Shown one piece after another: positions 9,360-17,607 of a stretch of DNA of 64,000 nt. Location: the NCBI GenBank assembly GCA_040880005.1, contig JBBDJG010000015.1:61588-125587 (forward strand), in the 5' to 3' direction. The notes under the pieces are model-generated. The model saw nothing but the letters and a program-made list of their open reading frames with translations, was not told where the DNA came from and ran no database searches. Origin of the DNA: Solirubrobacterales bacterium (lineage in GTDB: Bacteria > Actinomycetota > Thermoleophilia > Solirubrobacterales > JBBDJG01). A program made the translations under genes and the position numbers. Numbering within the stretch: the first letter of the stretch is position 1; the number at the start of each line of letters is the position of its first letter.

Positions 9360-11158
9360 TCCGCCGCTCCCGAGCGGTGATGCGCCGGCCCGTGGTCGGC
9401 GAGGTTGTGGGCCGTGCCGACCAGGCCGACGTGCGTGAAGGCCTGTGGGAAGTTGCCCACCAGCCGCTTGGCCTGCGTGTCGTATTCCTCCGACAGCAGT
9501 CCGACGTCGTTGCGTACCGACAGCAGGCGATCGAAGACCTCCTGCGCTTCGTCCCGGCGCCCCATCAGGGTGAGCGCGTCCGCGAGCCAGAACGAGCAGG
9601 GCAGGAACGCTGCCTCGCCTGGAGGGAGGCCATCGACCCCCGCTGTGGCTCCGTCCATCGAGTAACGCATCACGAAACCATCGACCATCAGCTCGCGCTG
9701 GATCGCCCCGACGGTTCCGTGCACGCGTGGGTCGTCGGCGGGCAGGAAGCCGACCTGCGGTATCAGCAGGCAACTCGCGTCCAGCTCCTTGGATCCGTAG
9801 TACTGCGTGAACGTGTTGCGATCCGGGTCGAAGCCCTCGCGGCAAATCTGCTCGTGGATCTCCTTGCGCAGCCGCTTGAAGCGATCGACCGGGCCCTCGA
9901 TTCCGAAATGCTTCATACCGCGAATGGCCCGGTCGAACACGGCCCAGGCCATCACCTTGGAGTGCGTGAAGTTACGCCGCGGGCCACGGACCTCCCAGAT
10001 GCCGTCGTCGGGCTGCTTCCAGCTCGCCTCGAGGAACTCGATCACCTTCGCCTGGACGGACCATCCGTAGTCGTGCTGCTCCATACCCGCCTTCCTGGCG
10101 GCGAACAGCACGTCGGCCAGCTCTCCATACACGTCGAGCTGGAACTGCTCCGAGGCCTTGTTGCCGATTCGCACCGGCTTCGAGCCTTCGTAGCCGGGCA
10201 ACCAGTCCAGCTCGAACTCGGTCAGGCGCCGCTCGCCCGCCAGCCCGTACATGATCTGCATGTTGGCCGGGTCGCCGCTGACGGCCCGCAACAGCCAGTC
10301 GCGCCAGCGCCCGGCCTCCTCGACGTAGCCCGCCATCACCAGTGCGTACAGGGTCAGCGTCGCGTCGCGAACCCAGCAGTAGCGGTAGTCCCAGTTGCGC
10401 ACGCCGCCGAGCTGCTCGGGAAGCGACGTGGTGGGGGCGGCAACGATGCCGCCCGTGGGCTCGTAGATCAGGCCGCGCAGCACCAGCAACGATGTCATGA
10501 CGGCCTCGCTCGCGCCTCCCTCGAACTTGCAGCGGTCGCTCCACTTGCGCCACCACTTCTCGGTCGCGGCGACCTCGTGCACTCCGTCAAGCGCTTTCGG
10601 CGGTTGCTTGTGCGACTCGTACCAGCTCAACACGAACGGCACGCGGTCGCCCTGCTCGACAACGAAGTCGGAGACGGTCTTGAAGTCCTTGCCATGCGAG
10701 TGCACGGGCGTGCGAAGGCGCAGAGCGTTCGGCCCCGTGATTGCCAGCAAATCGCCGCCTTCACGGCGCACCCACGGAATGTTTGCGCCGTAGTCGAAGC
10801 GGATCACCAGTTGCATCGCCATCGGGACGCGGCCGCGTGTGCACTCAACAACGCGCACGATGTCGGGTGCTTCGCCGCGCGGCGGCATGAAGTCGGTGAG
10901 CAGGACCGTGCCGTCCTCGGTCTCAAACTCGGTCTCGAGGATCAGCGTTCCCTCACGGTAGCGTCGCGACACGTTCTTGATTCCGCCGGCCGGAGCCAGT
11001 TGCCAGTGTCCGTTGCGCTCGTCACCGAGCAGCGACGCGAAACAGGCTCCCGAGTCGAAGCGGGGCAGGCACAGCCAGTCGATCGAGCCGTTGTTGCCGA
11101 CCAGCGCCGCCGTGTGCAGGTCGCCGATCATTGCGTAGTCCTCGATTCTCATCGCCAT
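9356..11158 (-). CDS. glycoside hydrolase family 15 (glucoamylase/trehalase-like)
   Basis: Track ORF 9356..11329 trimmed to ATG 11158 (MAMRIEDYAMIGDLHTAALVGNNGSIDWLCLPRFDS, typical GH15 N-terminus). The longer version would overlap the upstream kinase gene. Conserved WVRDATLTLYAL and C-terminal FPQAFTHVGLV. Confidence 0.85.
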   Translation of the reverse strand: MAMRIEDYAMIGDLHTAALVGNNGSIDWLCLPRFDSGACFASLLGDERNGHWQLAPAGGIKNVSRRYREGTLILETEFETEDGTVLLTDFMPPRGEAPDIVRVVECTRGRVPMAMQLVIRFDYGANIPWVRREGGDLLAITGPNALRLRTPVHSHGKDFKTVSDFVVEQGDRVPFVLSWYESHKQPPKALDGVHEVAATEKWWRKWSDRCKFEGGASEAVMTSLLVLRGLIYEPTGGIVAAPTTSLPEQLGGVRNWDYRYCWVRDATLTLYALVMAGYVEEAGRWRDWLLRAVSGDPANMQIMYGLAGERRLTEFELDWLPGYEGSKPVRIGNKASEQFQLDVYGELADVLFAARKAGMEQHDYGWSVQAKVIEFLEASWKQPDDGIWEVRGPRRNFTHSKVMAWAVFDRAIRGMKHFGIEGPVDRFKRLRKEIHEQICREGFDPDRNTFTQYYGSKELDASCLLIPQVGFLPADDPRVHGTVGAIQRELMVDGFVMRYSMDGATAGVDGLPPGEAAFLPCSFWLADALTLMGRRDEAQEVFDRLLSVRNDVGLLSEEYDTQAKRLVGNFPQAFTHVGLVGTAHNLADHGPAHHRSGAAD

Positions 11159-11163
11159 TCCAC

Positions 11164-12651
11164 CTACCCGAGTAGCTGAAGCTCCGCAATCCCGGCGCTG
11201 CTGGCCCCGTTGGGCCCATCGGACAGTTTCGTTATCCAGACCAGGTAGTTCTGGAAAGGCTGGCCACCCGTGTCGAGCCCGAAGGTCTTGCGGGTGCTGT
11301 CGACCTCTCCGCCACCTATCTGGGTCCAATCGGAGACGCTCTTTGGCGCCGACCCGTTCGAGACGTACAGCTCCACGTTCCAGCCCGGTTTCGGCGTGAC
11401 GACGCGCAGCGCGCGCGCGACGACGGGCCGGTCCGCATCGAGGTACACGCCCGTTCCGTCCTTGATATTGGCGAACTCCGGCGTGTCATAGCGCTCGGTG
11501 GCCCAGAACGTGCTCGGATCGCGATCGAGCAGATTCGGGAGCTGATCGGTGCTTTCCTGTCCGTCTCCCGGTGACGGGTCGTAGTCGCGCGCGTCGCGCG
11601 GGCCGAGCCCGATCGGCGTGAGGTCCGCCGTAACCTCCGACTGCTTGCCGCTGTCGCGTGCGTTGAACACCAGCACGGCGGCGATCGTTACGCCCGCGGC
11701 GAGCAGCAGGTAGAGAACCAGGGCAGTCGCTCGCCGCCACCACCTCGCGTGCTCGACGCGGCGGGCCGGGAGCTGTTTGAGGACGGCGGTGGCTTCGCCT
11801 GTGGCGCCTCCCTCGCGCGCACTTTCATATGTGAGCACGTCTTCGAGGTCGCTGACCATGTCCTGCACCGACTCGTAACGGTTGCTCAACTCCTTCGCCG
11901 TGGCGCGTTCGATCACCGCGGCTAGCGCGGCGGACACCTCCGGCCGGCGGCGCTGGACATCCGGCAACCCTTCCTGAACGTGCTTCATCGCGACGCTCAC
12001 GCTGCTCGATCCCTTGAACGGCACCTGGCCCGTGAGCATCTCGTAGAGCACGATGCCCAGCGAGTAAACGTCCGACTGTCCCGCCACGTCGTGGCCGAGC
12101 GCCTGTTCGGGGGAAACATAGTCCGTCGTTCCGACCACCTTGCCCGCGGCGGTGAGCTGCCGGCCCTCGAGTCCGTGAGCGATGCCGAAGTCGGTCACCT
12201 TCGCTCGACCTTCCTCGTCGATCATCACATTCTGAGGTTTGATGTCGCGATGGACGAGCCCGCGCTCGTGGGCGGCCTCGAGCGCACGCCCGATTTCGAT
12301 CGCGTAAGCGACGGCTTCGCTGACCGGCAGCGGTCCATCCCGGCGAATGCGGTCCTTGAGCGTCTCGCCCGGTACGTACTCGAAGACGATGTAGGCGTCG
12401 CCGGAGTCCTCGCCCGCGTCGATCACCATCACGATGTGCGGGTGGGAGAGCTTCGCGACCGTGCGGGCCTCGCGGCTGAAGCGTTCGAGCGCGCTCGGGT
12501 CGCGCGATATGTCCGAGTGCAGCACCTTGACGGCGACCTCTCGCTCGAGTGTCTCGTCGAAGGCGCGATAGACGGTGGACATGCCTCCCGCGCCTATCTG
12601 GGCCTCGATTCGATAGCGGCCGTCGAGCCTGCTGCCCACCATGGCTGGCAC
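11164..12651 (-). CDS. Ser/Thr protein kinase with extracellular galactose-binding/discoidin-like domain
   Basis: 495 aa. Motifs GAGGMSTVY, VAVK, HRDIKPQN, DFGIA. TM helix LVLYLLLAAGVTIAAVLVF. C-terminal LLDRDPSTFWATERY...ALRVVTPKPGWNVELYVSN resembles an F5/8-type C (discoidin) fold. Confidence 0.88.
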   Translation of the reverse strand: MPAMVGSRLDGRYRIEAQIGAGGMSTVYRAFDETLEREVAVKVLHSDISRDPSALERFSREARTVAKLSHPHIVMVIDAGEDSGDAYIVFEYVPGETLKDRIRRDGPLPVSEAVAYAIEIGRALEAAHERGLVHRDIKPQNVMIDEEGRAKVTDFGIAHGLEGRQLTAAGKVVGTTDYVSPEQALGHDVAGQSDVYSLGIVLYEMLTGQVPFKGSSSVSVAMKHVQEGLPDVQRRRPEVSAALAAVIERATAKELSNRYESVQDMVSDLEDVLTYESAREGGATGEATAVLKQLPARRVEHARWWRRATALVLYLLLAAGVTIAAVLVFNARDSGKQSEVTADLTPIGLGPRDARDYDPSPGDGQESTDQLPNLLDRDPSTFWATERYDTPEFANIKDGTGVYLDADRPVVARALRVVTPKPGWNVELYVSNGSAPKSVSDWTQIGGGEVDSTRKTFGLDTGGQPFQNYLVWITKLSDGPNGASSAGIAELQLLG

Positions 12652-12742
12652 CGTCAGGTGCGCTCCTGCCCGGCGGAGGTGGCTGCTGTCACGGACGGTT
12701 GGGGGTTTGGGGTCATGGCGCTCAAACGGTATTTTGCGACCA

Positions 12743-13606
12743 ATGGTGACCGTTGGCTACTACACGGATCCGTATTGCCCTTGGTCGTGGGGGGCCGAGC
12801 CGGCGGTGCGCAAGCTGATGATGGAGTTCGGTGACTCCCTGCGCTGGACCTTCGTCATGGCAGGCCTCGAGCGTGACCTGACCGGCGGACGGCGAGCGGC
12901 GACGGTGCGGCTCGATCCGGTTGAACGGGACCGCCATCTGGAGGCATGGCTTCGGGCCGCCGCGGAGAGCGGCGCGCCGCTCGATCCGCTGATCTGGGCC
13001 GATTCGCCGCCCTCCTCGAGTCATCCCGCGTGTGCCGCGGTCAAGGCCGCAGCCGCTCAGGCAGACGACGGCGGTTATCGTTATCTGCGCGCGCTGCGCG
13101 AGGGCATCATGTGCCGCCGGCGCAAACTCGACCGCGCCGACGCGCTCGTCGAAGTGGCCGGCGAGGCCGGTTTGGAGACCGGGCGCTTCGGCGTCGATCT
13201 GCGCTCGCACGGGACGACCGAGGAGCTGGGCGGCGACTTGGAGCGCAGCGCGGCGCTTGCGGCCAAGGGCCCCAAGGCCAAGTTCGCCTCCGACGCGGCG
13301 GGCGCACCGCTCCCGGCGGTGATCTTCGTTGGCGACGACGAGCGCGATCACGGCGTCTTCGGCTTGGCGCCTTACGAGGGCTATCGGGACGCCGCGGTGG
13401 CGGCCGGCGCTCGCGCATCGGAGGCGAAGCCGCTGTCGGTCGAGGAGGCGTTGGCGCGCTTCGGGTCGCTCACGACCCCGGAGGTCGAGCTGCTATGCGA
13501 GCTGCCGGGACCGCGCGCGAACGCCGAGCTGTTCCGCCTCGCCGAGCAGTGGAAGGTTCGAGCGGAGCGGGTGCTGACGGGGTACTTGTGGACTCGACCG
13601 ACCTAG
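12743..13606 (+). CDS. DsbA-family thioredoxin-fold protein (CPWS active-site variant)
   Basis: Track ORF 12641..13606 trimmed to ATG 12743 (MVTVGYYTDPYCPWSWGAEP). DsbA/FrnE-like N-terminal beta-strand followed by a CxxS motif. Confidence 0.7.
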   Translation: MVTVGYYTDPYCPWSWGAEPAVRKLMMEFGDSLRWTFVMAGLERDLTGGRRAATVRLDPVERDRHLEAWLRAAAESGAPLDPLIWADSPPSSSHPACAAVKAAAAQADDGGYRYLRALREGIMCRRRKLDRADALVEVAGEAGLETGRFGVDLRSHGTTEELGGDLERSAALAAKGPKAKFASDAAGAPLPAVIFVGDDERDHGVFGLAPYEGYRDAAVAAGARASEAKPLSVEEALARFGSLTTPEVELLCELPGPRANAELFRLAEQWKVRAERVLTGYLWTRPT

Positions 13607-14097
13607 GGGAACGGTATGTCGTTCGAGAGATCTGCCGGGCAGTCGTAGATGTAGTTGAGCCCGGCCGGCTCGGGCCTTGGCTGCGAGCGTTGGTACACGC
13701 GCTTTCCCGTGCGCAGGTTCAGGGTGCGCGTGAGGTGGATGAGCTTTCCGGTGTTGTAGTTCTCCTGGGTCAGGAGCTCCGCCTCCAAGGTCGCCTTCAC
13801 GCCGCGCAGACTTACTGACTGCAGCTTGTACTCCGTGAATCCACCTTGGCCACAGCCCCACACGGAACGCAGCTGACCCACTCCCGCGGCGCATCCGTAG
13901 AGAACGATCCCGTCGAGGTGCCCCTTGCGCTTGAGCGTTTGGTTGAAGATCACAGCTTGGCGATTGCGCTTGTAGACCTTCGAGTGAGCCGGCTTCTCGC
14001 AGCCCTTGGCGCGAGCGTCAGAGGCCGGCGATTGAACACCCAGCAATGCTGCGGCCAGGCATGCGGACAAACAGAGCGAAACTGCTGCGAATTTCAT
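13603..14097 (-). CDS. secreted hypothetical protein
   Basis: Track ORF 13603..14211 trimmed to ATG 14097, preceded by AGGAGG. Signal peptide MKFAAVSLCLSACLAAALLGVQSPASDA. No recognisable family. Confidence 0.6.
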   Translation of the reverse strand: MKFAAVSLCLSACLAAALLGVQSPASDARAKGCEKPAHSKVYKRNRQAVIFNQTLKRKGHLDGIVLYGCAAGVGQLRSVWGCGQGGFTEYKLQSVSLRGVKATLEAELLTQENYNTGKLIHLTRTLNLRTGKRVYQRSQPRPEPAGLNYIYDCPADLSNDIPFP

Positions 14098-14230
14098 CGG
14101 TGGTGCCTCCTGTGGACGCTGTCGATACGGCGGCTGAAACACCCGCCGCTCGGGGAAGTTGCGGTGCGCGCCGCTCGGATAGAGTTGAGCGCGCCAATCT
14201 TGGCTGCGCAACCAATATGAGGAGGCACAA

Positions 14231-14506
14231 ATGTCACGGGCCTATGTGATGGATTTCTCCGGCGGAACGCTGGACCAGTACAACCAGGTGCTCGAGAAGA
14301 TGGATCTGGGCGGCAAGACGGCCCCGGGTGGCATCTTCCACTGGGTTGCAGAGACCGAGGACGGTTTCCGCGTGGTGGATGTCTGGGAGACATCAGAAGC
14401 CTACGATCAGTTTGCCCAAGAGAAGATCGGCCCGATAACGGCCGAGGTGGGCTTGGCACCACCCAAGGTGCAGGAATACGAGGTCCACAACACGCTCGCG
14501 AGCTAG
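14231..14506 (+). CDS. small hypothetical protein (possibly dimeric alpha/beta-barrel-like)
   Basis: 91-aa ORF. ATG preceded by GAGGAGG. Coding-like codon bias. No confident family assignment. Confidence 0.55.
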   Translation: MSRAYVMDFSGGTLDQYNQVLEKMDLGGKTAPGGIFHWVAETEDGFRVVDVWETSEAYDQFAQEKIGPITAEVGLAPPKVQEYEVHNTLAS

Positions 14507-14916
14507 TCGCGGCTCGACTTGCGCGCGCCGCCTGCGCGTAGCAGGACTGGATCGCCGTCTGCGCCTTCGAAGTAGGCGAGTCGACCAGCGACGCAGGAGA
14601 TCAGCGCCGGCTTTCCCTTGCCACAGATCTTCCTGAGCGCATCGTCGAGCTTCGACTCGCGCCCGTCGAGTGCGCTGTCGGCCGAGATCACGTGGCAGTC
14701 ATCCGGCCCGCCCAGCTTGCGCAGGCGCTCGGCGATCTGATTCGGCTTGCGCTCGTCGTCGGCGAACGGCGCCAATGCTGCCGGGTCGATGTCGCGGCCG
14801 GAGAGCAGGCGGTCGAGAAAGTGCCCGCGTCCCTTGACGTCGGACAGCAGCGCCAGGTAGAGCCCCTGGCGGGGGCGCACGATGAAAGCCCTGACGGTTG
14901 CCTGTTCGGGGTTCAT
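14503..14916 (-). CDS. hypothetical protein, last gene of the dedA-uppP-purM-like operon
   Basis: 137 aa. Its ATG overlaps the TGA of the upstream purM-like gene (ATGA at 14913-14916). No recognisable motifs. Confidence 0.55.
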   Translation of the reverse strand: MNPEQATVRAFIVRPRQGLYLALLSDVKGRGHFLDRLLSGRDIDPAALAPFADDERKPNQIAERLRKLGGPDDCHVISADSALDGRESKLDDALRKICGKGKPALISCVAGRLAYFEGADGDPVLLRAGGARKSSRD

Positions 14917-15962
14917 GAGAGATCGAAGCCGGCGACCCTCACGCTACCGGCTCGCTCGGTGACATGCCCGATCCGCTTCGCGTCGTGATAGTGGGAGCGC
15001 AACACGCCGAGCGCCGTCTGCTCGTCAGCGGCGGTCGTCACGCAGCAGAAGCCGGTGCCCATGTTGAAGACTTTGTACATCGCGGCGCTCGGCACTTCCC
15101 CGGCCGAGGCAATCAGGTCGAACACCGGCTGCGTCGGCAGGGGATCGTCGATCTCGAAGCCGACCTGAGCGTTGAGCCGCAGCAGATTCGCCAGCCCGTC
15201 ACCGGTGATGTGAGCGAGGCCGTGCACGTCGATGTGCGAGCCGAGCAGCTCTCGCACGGCTCGCACATATATCTCCGTCGGCTCGAGCAGCTCGTCGGCG
15301 ATTGGGCGCGTCAACGGCGGCGGGGCGTCGTCGAGCGAGTGGCCTCCGTGCTCGAGCAGCGCGCGGCGAGCCAGCGTGAAGCCGTTGGAGTGGATGCCGC
15401 TCGAAGGCAACCCGATCACGATGTCGCCCGGCTCGATCTTCTCTCCCGTGACGATCGAGTCCACCGCGACGGCCCCGAATCCCGCGCCGACGAGGTCTAG
15501 TCCGCCCGGAGAGGGATGACCGCGGATCACCTCCGGTAGCTGCGCAAGCTCTCCTCCGGGGATCTCGATTCCGGCGCGCTCGGCTCCGGCGCGCAGCCCC
15601 GCGCCGATCGCAGCAAGCACTTCGGGATCGGCGTGCTCGACCGCGATGTAGTCGACCATCGCCAGCGGCTCGGCGCCGACGCAGATCAGGTCGTTGACGC
15701 ACATCGCGACGCAGTCGATGCCGACGGTGTCGAGACGTCGTGCCTGCTCCGCGACGATCAACTTGGTCCCGACGCCGTCGGTGCAGATGGCGATGCCGGT
15801 GCGGCCGTCGAGATCGATAACGCTCGCGAAGTGGCCGGACCGCACGAGCGAGCGGGACGGCCTGCCAGGATCGATCGCGCCGAGTGCCGCTACCAGGCCG
15901 GTGAGCGCTTTGGAGGCCCGGCCTGTGTCGACGCCGGCTTGTGCGTAGGCATCGCCGGACAC
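14913..15962 (-). CDS. purM: phosphoribosylformylglycinamidine cyclo-ligase (AIR synthase) family protein
   Basis: Track ORF 14913..16319 trimmed to GTG 15962 (VSGDAYAQAGVD...), 5 nt after the uppP stop. PurM motifs TDGVGTKL, CVNDLICVGAEPL, LPSSGIHSNGFTL, HITGDG. Confidence 0.8.
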   Translation of the reverse strand: MSGDAYAQAGVDTGRASKALTGLVAALGAIDPGRPSRSLVRSGHFASVIDLDGRTGIAICTDGVGTKLIVAEQARRLDTVGIDCVAMCVNDLICVGAEPLAMVDYIAVEHADPEVLAAIGAGLRAGAERAGIEIPGGELAQLPEVIRGHPSPGGLDLVGAGFGAVAVDSIVTGEKIEPGDIVIGLPSSGIHSNGFTLARRALLEHGGHSLDDAPPPLTRPIADELLEPTEIYVRAVRELLGSHIDVHGLAHITGDGLANLLRLNAQVGFEIDDPLPTQPVFDLIASAGEVPSAAMYKVFNMGTGFCCVTTAADEQTALGVLRSHYHDAKRIGHVTERAGSVRVAGFDLS

Positions 15963-15967
15963 AGTGG

Positions 15968-16840
15968 CTATTGAATCGCACCTGCTGTTGACATGTCTTC
16001 CACCGCTTGCTTGCTCGCCTGCGCTTGCGTCGTGGCAAGCTGCCTGCCGGCGCCGGCGAGCGCCACGGCAGCCAGCCCCAGCCGGTAGAGCGCGTAGGGA
16101 CGCAACGAACGGCTGCGCTCCAGCGTCGAGATCAGGCGCATCGACGCGAGGGTCGATGCGAATGCCGCCGCGGTCCCGGCCGCCATTCCGGCAACCATGT
16201 CGCCGGACGGCCTGCGTCTGGCCAGCCGGAAGCCCTTCAGGATCGATGCCCCGACTATCACCGGCAACGCGATCTGGCGAGAGATCACGTTCGCGTCGGC
16301 GCGCTTGAAGCCCCGCCAACGCGCCGCCGTGAGCGTCGCTCCGTTGCGGGACACGCCCGGCGCGAGGGCGAAGGCCTGTGCCGCCCCTATCACCAGCGCA
16401 TCGACCGCCGTCGCTTCGGTGCGCCCACGTCGCTGGGGCCTTCCGTCGGCGAGCAGCATCGCGATCGAGCCGCCGATCAACCCCAGCGCGACCGGCACAG
16501 GCTCACCGAGGCGCTGTTCGATCACGCGCTCGTAGCGATAGGCGATCAGCGCGGTTGGGGTGAACGAGAGCGCCAGGGTAATGGCGTTGCGGGGGCCGAA
16601 GCCGCGGGCGTATTCCGCGACCTCTCCGCGCAGGCCGACCAGCAGCGCCAGCGCTGTGCCCGCATGCACCGCGACCTCGAACGACTTGCGCAACTCGGGG
16701 TCGAGCCGCGCGTAGTCCCAGCCGAGCAGGCGGGGGATGATCGCGAGGTGACCGGAGCTGGATATGGGCAACAGCTCGGCTGGTCCCTGAATTGCCCCGA
16801 GCGCGACCGCCTGCCGCAGCGGCAGCTCCTGCGAGCCCAT
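15968..16840 (-). CDS. uppP: undecaprenyl-diphosphate phosphatase
   Basis: Track ORF 15968..17416 trimmed to ATG 16840 (MGSQELPLRQAVALGAIQGPAELLPISSSGHL, the BacA/UppP signature). Later SRNGATL motif. Multi-pass membrane protein. Confidence 0.85.
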   Translation of the reverse strand: MGSQELPLRQAVALGAIQGPAELLPISSSGHLAIIPRLLGWDYARLDPELRKSFEVAVHAGTALALLVGLRGEVAEYARGFGPRNAITLALSFTPTALIAYRYERVIEQRLGEPVPVALGLIGGSIAMLLADGRPQRRGRTEATAVDALVIGAAQAFALAPGVSRNGATLTAARWRGFKRADANVISRQIALPVIVGASILKGFRLARRRPSGDMVAGMAAGTAAAFASTLASMRLISTLERSRSLRPYALYRLGLAAVALAGAGRQLATTQAQASKQAVEDMSTAGAIQ

Positions 16841-17520
16841 CAGGACGGTGTGTCTGGAGCGGGACGTTCGACGTTCGTCCGTGACTCGCCGGATGCGCCG
16901 GCATCGCCTGGACCGCGCCGGCGGCGGATCACCAGGTAGACGAGCCACGCGAGGATCGCGGCCACGATCGCGTAATCGAGGTAGTGGAGCTTCTCCTGAA
17001 ACGGCTCCCAGTTGTCGCCGAGCTCTTTGCCGGCGATCGCAAAGCCCGCCATCCATGGAATCAGGCCGGCAAGCGTGAGCCACGTGAACTTCCAGAAGGG
17101 CATGCGCGCGACACCGGCGGGGAGCGATATGAAAGTGCGGATGACGGGGATCATGCGCGTAAAGAACACCGTCGCGCCTCCGTGACGTTCGAACCAGCTG
17201 TCGGCCCAGGCCAGGTGCTTGGGGCTGATGTGGAGCCACTTGCCGTGCTTTTCGATCAGCTCCACCCGCCCGTAGTAGCCGACTCCGTAGGCGATCCACG
17301 AGCCGACGAGGTTGCCCGCAACTCCCGCGACGATCACCTCGAAGAGGCTGAAACGCCCGTCGGAGACCTCGAAGCCGGCGAACAGCATCACTGCCTCGCT
17401 GGAGGTGGGTATGCACGCCGCGTCGGCCACCATCAGGCCGAAGATCCCGGGCAGGCCGAGATCACCCACCACATCGGTGGCGAAGTTGATCACTGGCTCG
17501 CTGATAGAGGCGATGAACAT
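16840..17520 (-). CDS. DedA-family membrane protein
   Basis: Track ORF 16840..17784 trimmed to ATG 17520 (MFIASISEPV...). DedA core FFTRMIPVIRTFISLPAG. Its TGA overlaps the uppP ATG (ATGA at 16838-16842). Confidence 0.85.
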   Translation of the reverse strand: MFIASISEPVINFATDVVGDLGLPGIFGLMVADAACIPTSSEAVMLFAGFEVSDGRFSLFEVIVAGVAGNLVGSWIAYGVGYYGRVELIEKHGKWLHISPKHLAWADSWFERHGGATVFFTRMIPVIRTFISLPAGVARMPFWKFTWLTLAGLIPWMAGFAIAGKELGDNWEPFQEKLHYLDYAIVAAILAWLVYLVIRRRRGPGDAGASGESRTNVERPAPDTPS

Positions 17521-17607
17521 GCGTGGGCTGCCGGTGCCGCAGCGCGCGGGCATTCCCTGCATGCCCGCGCACTCGCAAGCGGCAGCGTACCGTGCCACGC
17601 GTCGCGA

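Noticed and set aside
9377-11179. 600-aa plus-strand ORF opposite the GH15 gene, and 11980..12834 opposite the kinase.
   Set aside because: Same reasoning. The opposite strand carries clear GH15 and kinase signatures, and these frames have an Arg/His/Asp-rich composition without domain patterns.
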